Shown here one piece after another: positions 34,770 through 43,471 of a stretch of 55,878 nucleotides of DNA. The translations under genes and the position numbers were made by a program. Below the pieces are notes generated by a model. It searched no databases. It was not told the origin of the DNA and saw only the letters and a list, made by a program, of their open reading frames with translations. Position 1 is the first letter of the stretch; each line of letters begins with the position of its first letter. The stretch comes from Microbacteriaceae bacterium (lineage in GTDB: Bacteria; Actinomycetota; Actinomycetes; Actinomycetales; Microbacteriaceae), in assembly GCA_947454285.1 (NCBI GenBank), contig CANGJO010000001.1, forward strand, positions 1-55,878, in the 5' to 3' direction.

Positions 34770-37010
34770 CTAGCCGGCAGACACATTTCCGCCACTGGTG
34801 GCTCGACGCGGCTTGCGACGACCCTGTCCAGGTGCCTTTGGTTCAGGCAGCGCATCCAACACGGCCTCCAAAGTCTTTTCGGCAGCAGCACCGGTACTGG
34901 TGTTGGCGCCTTTATCCCCCGCCGACTTGGCTGACGGCAAGGTAATTGGCGAGCTTTCGCCCGCTGCCTCGTGAGCCGCCACGGTCGAAGCCGCGATTTG
35001 GGTCATAACGTTGTTGATTTCCACGGCGCGCTCGGCAGTAACCACCTTGACGGTCTCTTGCTTCTGGTTGCGGTCGCGGTTCTTCTTCTTGTTATTGCCC
35101 TGGTTCTGCTGCGGCTTCTGGTCGTCCGGCGCGCTGTGCTTTGAACGCATGATTGGCTCGTGGTGAACGATCACACCGCGGCTGGCACACGCTTCACAAG
35201 GCTCGCTGAATGCCTCAAGTAGGCCAATTCCCAGCTTTTTACGGGTCATCTGCACTAAACCAAGCGAGGTAACTTCGGCCACCTGGTGCTTGGTGCGGTC
35301 GCGGCTTAGGCATTCCATTAGGCGGCGCTGAACTAAGTCGCGGTTTGACTCCAAAACCATGTCGATGAAGTCCACAACGATAATTCCACCGATATCGCGA
35401 AGGCGTAGCTGGCGAACGATCTCTTCGGCCGCTTCAAGGTTGTTCTTGGTGACGGTCTCTTCAAGGTTTCCGCCCGAACCAACGAATTTTCCGGTGTTCA
35501 CGTCAACCACGGTCATGGCCTCGGTGCGGTCAATAACTAGCGAACCACCTGAAGGTAGATAAACCTTGCGCTCAAGTGCCTTGGCAATCTGCTCGCCAAC
35601 GCGGTATTCGTCGAAGACATCTTTGTGGCCCTCGTGCTTAACCACGCGCTCAAGTAGATCCGGCGCAACTGAGGCTAGGTACTCCTCGATCACTTCGCGA
35701 GCGTCGTCGCCAGAGATAACCATCTTCTGGAAGTCTTCGTTGAACACGTCACGAACGATCTTGACCAATAGGTCTGGCTCGCTGTGAAGCAGTGCCGGCG
35801 CTTGACCCTTTTCAACCTTCTTGCTGATGGCTTCCCACTGCTGCTGCAAACGCTGAACATCAAGAGTCAACTGTTCTTCGGTAGCGCCTTCGGCTGCGGT
35901 GCGAACAATCACACCGGCATCTTCAGGAAGGATCTCTTTCAAAATCTTCTTTAGGCGGGCACGCTCCGAATCAGGAAGCTTTCTAGAGATTCCGTTCATC
36001 GAACCGTTTGGTACGTAAACCAAGTAGCGGCCAGGAAGTGAAACCTGACTGGTTAGGCGGGCACCCTTTTGACCAACTGGGTCTTTGGTTACCTGAACTA
36101 GAACGGTGTCGCCAGACTTTAGGGCCAACTCAATTCGACGAGGCTGGTTTCCGGTTTCGGCAAGCTCCCAGTCAACTTCGCCAGAGTAAAGCACGGCATT
36201 GCGACCGCGACCCACGTCAACGAAAGCTGCTTCCATTGAAGGAAGAACGTTTTGAACCTTACCCAGGTAAACGTTGCCAATTAGTGAAGCCTCCGACGCC
36301 TTAGCAACGTAGTGCTCAACCAAAATTCCGTCTTCAAGTACACCAATTTGAATCTTGCCGTCTTTTGAACGAACCACCATGGTGCGATCTACTGCCTCGC
36401 GACGAGCCAAGAACTCTGACTCGGTAATAGTTGTGCGGCGGCGACCGGCATCTCGACCATCGCGACGACGCTGCTTCTTTGCCTCAAGACGAGTTGAACC
36501 CTTTACGCGAGTTGGCTCGTTACTTGGCGCCTTTGGCTCGCGTGGAGTACGCACCTTTACAACAACGTTTGGTGCCGCGTTTGGATCAATATCTACTGCT
36601 TCACCGGCACGACGACGTGAACGACGGCGAAGGTGTGAGTCATCTGAATTCTTGTCGTTGGCAATTCCCTTGGCCGAAACCTTTGGAGTCGGAAGATCCG
36701 GTGCCATGAACATAAGTGAAGTAGCAGAAACCGGAGCGGCAACTGCTGGTGCCTTCACTTCTGCCGAGGTGCCCGCAGCGTCTGTTTTGGCCTTTGATCC
36801 GCGCTTGGCCGGTACCTTTTTGGTTGCCTTCTCGACGACCTCGTCAACCGACGCCGGAGTTTTCTCTGCCTTTGCCTTTGGTGACTTCTTAATCAGAGAC
36901 TTTTTGGCTGGCGCGGTGGTATCGGTGTCAGCCTTTTTAGGTGCGCGTGCACGAGTTGATTTTTTTGCAGTTTCTTCTGCAGGTACGTTTGAATCTTCGT
37001 TTTTCACCAT
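34770..37010 (-). CDS. rne: Ribonuclease E/G family, actinobacterial RNase E
   Basis: S1 domain GNVYLGKV..AAFVD, TEAMTVVDVNTG, RLRDIGGIIVVDFIDM, CxxC; disordered termini. Confidence 0.96.
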   Translation of the reverse strand: MVKNEDSNVPAEETAKKSTRARAPKKADTDTTAPAKKSLIKKSPKAKAEKTPASVDEVVEKATKKVPAKRGSKAKTDAAGTSAEVKAPAVAAPVSATSLMFMAPDLPTPKVSAKGIANDKNSDDSHLRRRSRRRAGEAVDIDPNAAPNVVVKVRTPREPKAPSNEPTRVKGSTRLEAKKQRRRDGRDAGRRRTTITESEFLARREAVDRTMVVRSKDGKIQIGVLEDGILVEHYVAKASEASLIGNVYLGKVQNVLPSMEAAFVDVGRGRNAVLYSGEVDWELAETGNQPRRIELALKSGDTVLVQVTKDPVGQKGARLTSQVSLPGRYLVYVPNGSMNGISRKLPDSERARLKKILKEILPEDAGVIVRTAAEGATEEQLTLDVQRLQQQWEAISKKVEKGQAPALLHSEPDLLVKIVRDVFNEDFQKMVISGDDAREVIEEYLASVAPDLLERVVKHEGHKDVFDEYRVGEQIAKALERKVYLPSGGSLVIDRTEAMTVVDVNTGKFVGSGGNLEETVTKNNLEAAEEIVRQLRLRDIGGIIVVDFIDMVLESNRDLVQRRLMECLSRDRTKHQVAEVTSLGLVQMTRKKLGIGLLEAFSEPCEACASRGVIVHHEPIMRSKHSAPDDQKPQQNQGNNKKKNRDRNQKQETVKVVTAERAVEINNVMTQIAASTVAAHEAAGESSPITLPSAKSAGDKGANTSTGAAAEKTLEAVLDALPEPKAPGQGRRKPRRATSGGNVSAG

Positions 37011-37065
37011 TTCTGGTGTACTCCAAGCTGCCTCACCTAGGCCACACTCACTAGGCCCTGAGGCG

Positions 37066-37080
37066 TAAATCCTTGTTGCC
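37066..37080. repeat. Right arm of a 15-bp inverted repeat flanking rne (TAAATCCTTGTTGCC)
   Basis: Exact reverse complement of 34706-34720; lies in the rne 5' leader. Confidence 0.9.
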
Positions 37081-37288
37081 CACGTTTGTGAACAACCAAA
37101 ACTAACGGCGAGCTACTCGTATTGCGACTATCGCTGCCCGATTGGCCAAAGAATGACCTGGTCTTACGCGTTCTAAGTGCTTGGTACTCGCTAAATCTTT
37201 AGTCGATCCCGGTGTGGCGGGTTCAACTTCTCTAAGTATGACACCTGACCCCTGAAAAGTCATCAAATGAGCGTGTCATACTGGGTTG

Positions 37289-37924
37289 GTGAACACCGAT
37301 ATCAAGGCTGGAACCCAGTCAAACGGCATTACTTTAGAGCCAACCCGCGGGTTTGCTATCACCCTGATCTGGACCGGAATCCTTGGCTGGTTTGCGGCTT
37401 TCGCCCTGGTTTTGGAGCGAATTCACGTTGCATCCAACCCCGATGCCGTCTTGAGCTGTGACCTCAATCCCTTTATCTCTTGTAAATCGGTGATGCTAAC
37501 CGCACAGGCATCACTCTTTGGCTTCCCTAATCCCCTAATCGGAGTTGCCAGTTTTGTAGCACCGATAGCCGTTGGCGTTGCAATTCTCGCCGGCGCAAAA
37601 TTTGCCGCTTGGTTCTGGCGAATCTTTGCCTTTGGAATCACCGGCGGTTTCCTGTTTGTGGTTTGGCTTTGGACCCAGAGCACATTCGTGATCGGTGTGC
37701 TTTGCCCTTACTGCATGGTTGCCTGGGCCGCGATGGTGCCACTGTTTTGGAAAGTGATTTTGTTCGGCGCTAAAGATGGCTTTATTGATACGCCGCTACG
37801 ATTTGTTGGTTTCTTTGATCGCGCCTATGACAAGGCCTGGGTATTCACTTTGGTGACCGAGGCAATCATCGTTGCGGTAATCATCGCTCGCTTCTGGACG
37901 AGCTGGCCTTCACTTTGGAACTAG
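37289..37924 (+). CDS. Vitamin K epoxide reductase family protein (DsbB substitute)
   Basis: SCDLNPFISC, FGFPNPLIG, LCPYC. GTG at 37289 follows TGTCATACT plus 6 nt. Confidence 0.93.
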   Translation: MNTDIKAGTQSNGITLEPTRGFAITLIWTGILGWFAAFALVLERIHVASNPDAVLSCDLNPFISCKSVMLTAQASLFGFPNPLIGVASFVAPIAVGVAILAGAKFAAWFWRIFAFGITGGFLFVVWLWTQSTFVIGVLCPYCMVAWAAMVPLFWKVILFGAKDGFIDTPLRFVGFFDRAYDKAWVFTLVTEAIIVAVIIARFWTSWPSLWN

Positions 37925-37936
37925 CTATTTAGAAAC

Positions 37937-38017
37937 TTAGAACCACAGCGGTTTGCTTGCGAACCGCGTTTTAGAACCAGAGCGGTTTGCTTGCGAACCG
38001 CGTTTAAAACCACAGCG
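37937..38017. repeat. Tandem 33-34-bp repeat (about 2.4 copies) made of the ndk 3' end plus a hairpin; the hairpins are probable VKOR terminators
   Basis: TTAGAACCACAGCGGTTTGCTTGCGAACCGCGTT / TTAGAACCAGAGCGGTTTGCTTGCGAACCGCGT / TTAAAACCACAGCG. Confidence 0.9.
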
Positions 38018-38414
38018 CTAGTTCGCGCGCGGCCGACTCTTCTGAGTCAGAACCGTGCACTAGGTTCTGCTGAACCTTCAAACCCCAGTCGCGACCAAGG
38101 TCACCACGAATGGTGCCAGGTGCTGCAACGGTTGGGTCTGTCGCACCGGCAAGCGAACGGAAGCCCTCGATTACTCGGTGACCTTCAAGCTTGATTGCAA
38201 CCACATCGCCGCTAGACATGAACTCAACCAGTGGTTCAAAAAATGGCTTGCCCTCGTGCTCGGCGTAGTGCTCGTGCAAAAGAGCGGTTGACGGAGTGAA
38301 CTTCTTCAGATCGGCAACAACGTAGCCCTTTGCTTCTAGGCGAGAAATAATTTCACCAATCAGGTTGCGCTTAACTGCATCTGGCTTAAGTAGTACAAGA
38401 GTCTGCTGTGACAT
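38004..38414 (-). CDS. ndk: Nucleoside diphosphate kinase
   Basis: LKPDAV, HYAEH, PGTIRGD, NLVHGSDS. Confidence 0.97.
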   Translation of the reverse strand: MSQQTLVLLKPDAVKRNLIGEIISRLEAKGYVVADLKKFTPSTALLHEHYAEHEGKPFFEPLVEFMSSGDVVAIKLEGHRVIEGFRSLAGATDPTVAAPGTIRGDLGRDWGLKVQQNLVHGSDSEESAARELALWF

Positions 38415-38779
38415 TACTGTTCCTCCGAATTTGCCTGGCGCTCAAGTGCCGCGCGTGCTTTATCAATTGTGCCACCGGCAATCATTGCCCAGGCCCAAAG
38501 ACATACAAAAATTCCACCGATCACGTACATCAGCGGCACCCAGATTCCCAGCGCTACAACAACGAGCTGCAAGAACCAACCCCAGCCGTAGGAAAACTTT
38601 TTTCCAAGAATTGCCGGAGTGAGAATCAACAAGAATGACAGAGATAGGCCAATGGCCCACACGGTTGGGCCGTCGGCAACCTTTAGACCAAAGGCAACCA
38701 GCATTGCAAAGAAGACCACGAATGATTCAAATGCCATAAGCATTGAACCCAAAGTTCGCTTGGTTGATTTATTACGCAT
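38414..38779 (-). CDS. DUF4233-like membrane protein
   Basis: Four hydrophobic segments, GWFLQ; usual position between folC and ndk. Confidence 0.82.
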   Translation of the reverse strand: MRNKSTKRTLGSMLMAFESFVVFFAMLVAFGLKVADGPTVWAIGLSLSFLLILTPAILGKKFSYGWGWFLQLVVVALGIWVPLMYVIGGIFVCLWAWAMIAGGTIDKARAALERQANSEEQ

Positions 38780-40145
38780 CTTGCTCCGCCTCTATTTGCT
38801 TCAATTTCAATACCTGGCCAACCAGGGTGACCGAACCGGTAACCACGATTGCATTTCCCAAAGTGGCTGGCAGTAACTTAGCCGCCTCGGCCAGCGCCCA
38901 CTGCGGGTTGGCTTGCACGTGCACGCGGTCACCGCCAAAAATCTCGCGAGCAAGTTCGGCTAGTGCTTCAGCAGGAATCGCACGGGCCGATTCCGATTGA
39001 GTGATGATGAACTCAACGAAGGTGTCATCCAAAATTTCTAACAGGGCACGTGCGTTCTTCTCGGCAAGGATCGAGACAACGGCAACTGCGTAGGGAGCAC
39101 CAAAGGACTCCTTCATTGCCTTCACCAGCGACTTGGCACCGTCTTCGTTGTGCGCGGCATCAAGAATGGTTAGCGGCTCACGGCTCACAATTTGCAAACG
39201 ACCCGGCGATGAGAAATCGGCAAATGATGCACGCACAACGTCATCCATGATTCGCTGTGCACCGCCACCAAGGAATGCCTCTACCGCGGCAACCGCAAGA
39301 GCGGCATTCTGCGCTTGGTATTCGCCATGCACCGGAAGATTTAGGTCGTGGTATTCGCCGGCTACAGACTTTACGGTCACGGTCTGACCAAGCTTGTTTA
39401 GCGAGGCCGCAGAGACACCAAAATCTTTTCCGAAGGTCAAGAACTTCTCGCCCACTGCTGCGGCACGCTCGGCAAGAACCTTTAGTGCTTCTGCAGGCTG
39501 TTCGGCACTCAGCACGATCGCACCAGGCTTAATGATTCCTGCCTTAGTTTTTGCAATCTCTTCGATGGTCTCGCCAAGGCGGTCCATGTGGTCTAGTGAG
39601 ATTGGCGTGAAAACGGCAACATCACCGTCGGCAACGTTGGTTGAATCCCACTCGCCACCCATGCCAACTTCTAGAACCAAAACATCAACTGGTGCATCAG
39701 CAAAAATTGCAAAACCAAGTACGGCTAGCACTTCAAAAAAAGTTAGAGCGTCCTCGCCGACCGCCTCTAACTCGGCATCCACTAAACCAACTATCGGTTC
39801 GATTTCAGTCCACACGTTATAAAGGCGCTCGTCAGAAACCGGTTCACCATCAAGCGACATGCGCTCGTTTAGCTTCACCAAGTGCGGGCTGGTGAAACGA
39901 CCGGTGCGCAAACCGTGTTCGCGAAGCAGGCGTTCAATAAATCTGCTGGTGCTGGTCTTGCCGTTGGTTCCGGTTACGTGTATTACTCGGTAGGCCTTTT
40001 GCGGATCACCAAGCAACTCGGCTAAGCGCGCAGTTGGTTGAATGCGCGGACGAATTTTGTTTTCCGGAACACGAGCAAGCAGCGCGTCTTCAACCTCTTT
40101 AGCTTTAAGAGCCCAGTAGTGCTCTTCGCTTAGGTTTTCGATCAC
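38772..40145 (-). CDS. folC: Folylpolyglutamate synthase/dihydrofolate synthase
   Basis: [32 protein letters not shown]. Confidence 0.96.
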   Translation of the reverse strand: MIENLSEEHYWALKAKEVEDALLARVPENKIRPRIQPTARLAELLGDPQKAYRVIHVTGTNGKTSTSRFIERLLREHGLRTGRFTSPHLVKLNERMSLDGEPVSDERLYNVWTEIEPIVGLVDAELEAVGEDALTFFEVLAVLGFAIFADAPVDVLVLEVGMGGEWDSTNVADGDVAVFTPISLDHMDRLGETIEEIAKTKAGIIKPGAIVLSAEQPAEALKVLAERAAAVGEKFLTFGKDFGVSAASLNKLGQTVTVKSVAGEYHDLNLPVHGEYQAQNAALAVAAVEAFLGGGAQRIMDDVVRASFADFSSPGRLQIVSREPLTILDAAHNEDGAKSLVKAMKESFGAPYAVAVVSILAEKNARALLEILDDTFVEFIITQSESARAIPAEALAELAREIFGGDRVHVQANPQWALAEAAKLLPATLGNAIVVTGSVTLVGQVLKLKQIEAEQDA

Positions 40146-43100
40146 TTGGCCGCCACAACTGCAACGTGAACTTCAACCTGCTGACCATCGCCAACAGCAA
40201 CCGCATTCTCAAGCGATCCGGAACTTATCGTTTCAAGTTCAACGGTTAGGGTCTCGCTCTTTACAAGTTCAGAGTGCTCTGCGACAGCAGCCAAGACATC
40301 GTCATCGGCTTTTAGAGTCAACTTGATGCGATCGCTAACATCAAAGTCGGCATCCTTACGAGCCGACTGCACCGCGCGAATTACGTCACGTGCCAAACCT
40401 TCGGCCGCAAGTTCCGCAGAGACCTTGCCATCAAGAATTAGGAAACCGCCAGAAGGCAAGATGCCTATGTGGTCTGTCACTTCGGTATCGGTGTCATTTG
40501 AAGTGTCGGCAACCAAATCAATTTCGTATTCGCCCTCGATCAGCGCAATGCCACCAACCACAACGGTGCCTTCTACTTCTGACCAATCGCCTGACTTAGC
40601 CGCCTGAATCACTGCCTGAACGCTCTTGCCGATGCGTGGACCAGCGGCACGTGAGTTCACGGTTAGTCGCTTGATAACACCAAACTCGGTTGTTGAATCC
40701 AGAGACATCTCGACCAGCTCAACGCTCTTCACGTTTAACTCTTCGGCGATTATCTCGGCAAACTGCTTGAGTGCCGCAACGTTCTTAGTGACCACGGTAA
40801 GTTTTGCCAACGGTAGGCGAACGCGAAGGCTGGCAGCCTTACGCAAACTTGATGCCACCGATGACACTGTACGAACCTGGTCCATAGCTTCAACAAGTGC
40901 TGCGTCGTGCGGCAACTTGCAGGCGTCTGGCCATGTTTCAAGGTGCACGCTTCGACCACCGGTTAGGCCACGCCAAATTTCTTCGGTGACCATTGGCAGC
41001 AACGGAGCGGCAACGCGAGAAACAATTTCAAGCACTGTGTACAGGGTGTCGAATGCCTGAGCATCGCCCTCCCAGAAACGGTCGCGTGAACGACGCACGT
41101 ACCAGTTGGTCAGCACGTCGGCAAAATCACGAAGGCTTGAAGCAGCAGAGTAAGAATCAAACTTATTTAGGTGAGCCTCAACTTCATTCACCAAGTCGTG
41201 AGTCTTAGACAACAGGTATCGGTCAAGTAGATCTTCGCTTGCGGTTGACAATTTGGCTTCGTAGTTTGAAGCGTTGGCATAAAGCGAGAAGAAGTACCAG
41301 GTGTTCCAAAGCGGAAGCAGCACCTGACGAACGCCTTCGCGAATACCCTGCTCGGTCACGATTAAGTTACCGCCACGAAGAATTGGGCTCGATAACAGGA
41401 ACCAACGCATTGCGTCGGCGCCGTCGCGATCGAATACTTCGTTTACGTCCGGGTAGTTGCGCAAAGACTTAGACATCTTCTGTCCGTCGTTACCCAAAAT
41501 AATTCCGTGCGAGATTGCCGACTTGAACGCCGGGCGATCAAACAGCGCAGTAGATAGAACGTGCAGTGTGTAGAACCAACCACGGGTCTGACCAACATAT
41601 TCAACGATGTAGTCACCTGGGTTGTGAGTGTCAAACCACTCACGGTTTTCAAATGGGTAGTGTGCCTGCGCGAATGGCATTGAGCCAGATTCAAACCAGC
41701 AGTCCAAAACTTCTGGCACGCGACGCATTGTTGACTTGCCGGTTGGGTCGTCAGGGTTTGGCCTGGTTAGCTCGTCAATTACCGGACGGTGGAAGTCGCT
41801 TGGGCGTACACCAAAGTCGCGCTCCAACTCTTCCATTGATCCGTAAACGTCAATGCGTGGGTAGTTAGGGTCGTCTGATTTCCAAACTGGAATTGGTGCT
41901 CCCCAGAAACGGTTGCGGCTGATCGCCCAGTCGCGAACGTTTTCTAGCCACTTACCAAACGAACCATCCTTGGTGTGATCCGGTGTCCAGTCGATGTCTT
42001 GGTTTAGCTCCAACATGCGATCGCGTAATTTTGTGGTCTCAACGAACCAAGATGAAACCGCCTTGTAGATCAGCGGGTTCTTGCAGCGGTAGCAGTGCGG
42101 GTAAGAGTGCTCGTATGAAGCCTGGCGAAGCACGCGGCCAGCCGACTTCAAGTGCTGCGAGATTGGCTTGTTGGCATCAAAGACGTGTTGACCAACAAAA
42201 TCAGTCACGATCGAATTAAATTCACCGCGCTCGTTGATCGAAACATAAGTAGGAATGCCGGCATCATTACAAACGCGTTGGTCATCCTCACCGTAAGCCG
42301 GAGCCTGGTGAACAATTCCAGTTCCGTCGCCATCGCCAACGTAATCGTCGACCAAAATTTGCCAGGCGTTATCGGTGTTGAATTTTTCAGCATCAACGTA
42401 GTAATCAAACAGGCGCTCGTACTTAATTCCGGCGAGCGCAGATCCCTTGATGGTTTCTGAAATCGCGGCAACGGCATCTTCAGCTGTCTCGTAGCCAAGA
42501 TCCTTGGCGTAGCCACCAACCAGCGACTTAGACAACAGGTACTTGGTGCCCTCCGCGCCACCATCGCCGGCACCGGCCGCACCCGCAGGCACAATCGCGT
42601 ATTCGATCTCTGGCCCTACGGCGAGCGCGAAGTTAGTTGGCAGTGTCCAAGGAGTTGTGGTCCAGGCAAGTAGACGAACGCCCTCTAGCTTCTGCCCCGC
42701 CGAAACCGGGAAGGTCACGGTGAGGGTTTGGTCCTGACGGTTCTTGTAAACCTCGTCGTCCATGCGCAGTTCGTGGTTAGACAACGGAGTCTCACAGCGC
42801 CAGCAGTACGCCAGCACTTTGAAGCCCTCGTAGATTAGACCCTTCTTATACAGCTCACTAAACGCCCACAACACGCTCTCGGTGTAATCGGTGTCTAGGG
42901 TCTTGTAGTCATTATCAAAATCAACCCAGCGTGCCTGGCGGGTAATGTACGAACGCCACTCCTCTGTGTACTTCAACACCGATGTGCGACAGTAATCGTT
43001 GAATTTGTCGATGCCGTACTTCTCGATCTCTGGGCGACCAGAGATACCAAGCTGACGCTCAGCCTCTACCTCGGCAGGAAGACCATGGGTATCCCAACCA

Positions 43101-43387
43101 AAACGACGTTCCACGCGGTAACCCTGCATGGTCTTGAAGCGCGGAACCATGTCTTTGGCGTACCCGGTAAGCAGGTGACCGTAGTGCGGAAGGCCATTGG
43201 CGAACGGCGGGCCGTCGTAAAAGACGAATTCCTCGGCATTTGCGTCTTTGCGCTGGTCAATTGAGGCCTGAAAAGTGCCGTCTTTGGCCCAAAAGTCCAG
43301 AATCTGCTGTTCAACCGCCGGAAAGCTAGGGCTAGGGTTGACGCCCTCGCGCGCTGGCGTAGTTGAATCTTGGTTCTTTGGGTACAT
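40142..43387 (-). CDS. ileS: Isoleucine--tRNA ligase (type 2)
   Basis: [38 protein letters not shown]. Confidence 0.97.
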   Translation of the reverse strand: MYPKNQDSTTPAREGVNPSPSFPAVEQQILDFWAKDGTFQASIDQRKDANAEEFVFYDGPPFANGLPHYGHLLTGYAKDMVPRFKTMQGYRVERRFGWDTHGLPAEVEAERQLGISGRPEIEKYGIDKFNDYCRTSVLKYTEEWRSYITRQARWVDFDNDYKTLDTDYTESVLWAFSELYKKGLIYEGFKVLAYCWRCETPLSNHELRMDDEVYKNRQDQTLTVTFPVSAGQKLEGVRLLAWTTTPWTLPTNFALAVGPEIEYAIVPAGAAGAGDGGAEGTKYLLSKSLVGGYAKDLGYETAEDAVAAISETIKGSALAGIKYERLFDYYVDAEKFNTDNAWQILVDDYVGDGDGTGIVHQAPAYGEDDQRVCNDAGIPTYVSINERGEFNSIVTDFVGQHVFDANKPISQHLKSAGRVLRQASYEHSYPHCYRCKNPLIYKAVSSWFVETTKLRDRMLELNQDIDWTPDHTKDGSFGKWLENVRDWAISRNRFWGAPIPVWKSDDPNYPRIDVYGSMEELERDFGVRPSDFHRPVIDELTRPNPDDPTGKSTMRRVPEVLDCWFESGSMPFAQAHYPFENREWFDTHNPGDYIVEYVGQTRGWFYTLHVLSTALFDRPAFKSAISHGIILGNDGQKMSKSLRNYPDVNEVFDRDGADAMRWFLLSSPILRGGNLIVTEQGIREGVRQVLLPLWNTWYFFSLYANASNYEAKLSTASEDLLDRYLLSKTHDLVNEVEAHLNKFDSYSAASSLRDFADVLTNWYVRRSRDRFWEGDAQAFDTLYTVLEIVSRVAAPLLPMVTEEIWRGLTGGRSVHLETWPDACKLPHDAALVEAMDQVRTVSSVASSLRKAASLRVRLPLAKLTVVTKNVAALKQFAEIIAEELNVKSVELVEMSLDSTTEFGVIKRLTVNSRAAGPRIGKSVQAVIQAAKSGDWSEVEGTVVVGGIALIEGEYEIDLVADTSNDTDTEVTDHIGILPSGGFLILDGKVSAELAAEGLARDVIRAVQSARKDADFDVSDRIKLTLKADDDVLAAVAEHSELVKSETLTVELETISSGSLENAVAVGDGQQVEVHVAVVAAK

Positions 43388-43471
43388 GCACGGCTTTCTA
43401 GGCAGTCAGGCAAAAGGGTTTCCGTATCTAATGTTAACCTGTTACAAACCCCTTTCTTGGAGACTTTCAGC

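Noticed and set aside
37937-38017. Possible mini-CRISPR array
   Set aside because: The units are directly adjacent with no unique spacers, the repeat includes ndk coding sequence, and no cas genes are present
43370-43471. N-terminal extension of valS overlapping ileS
   Set aside because: It spans the divergent promoter, and GTG 43472 has an RBS
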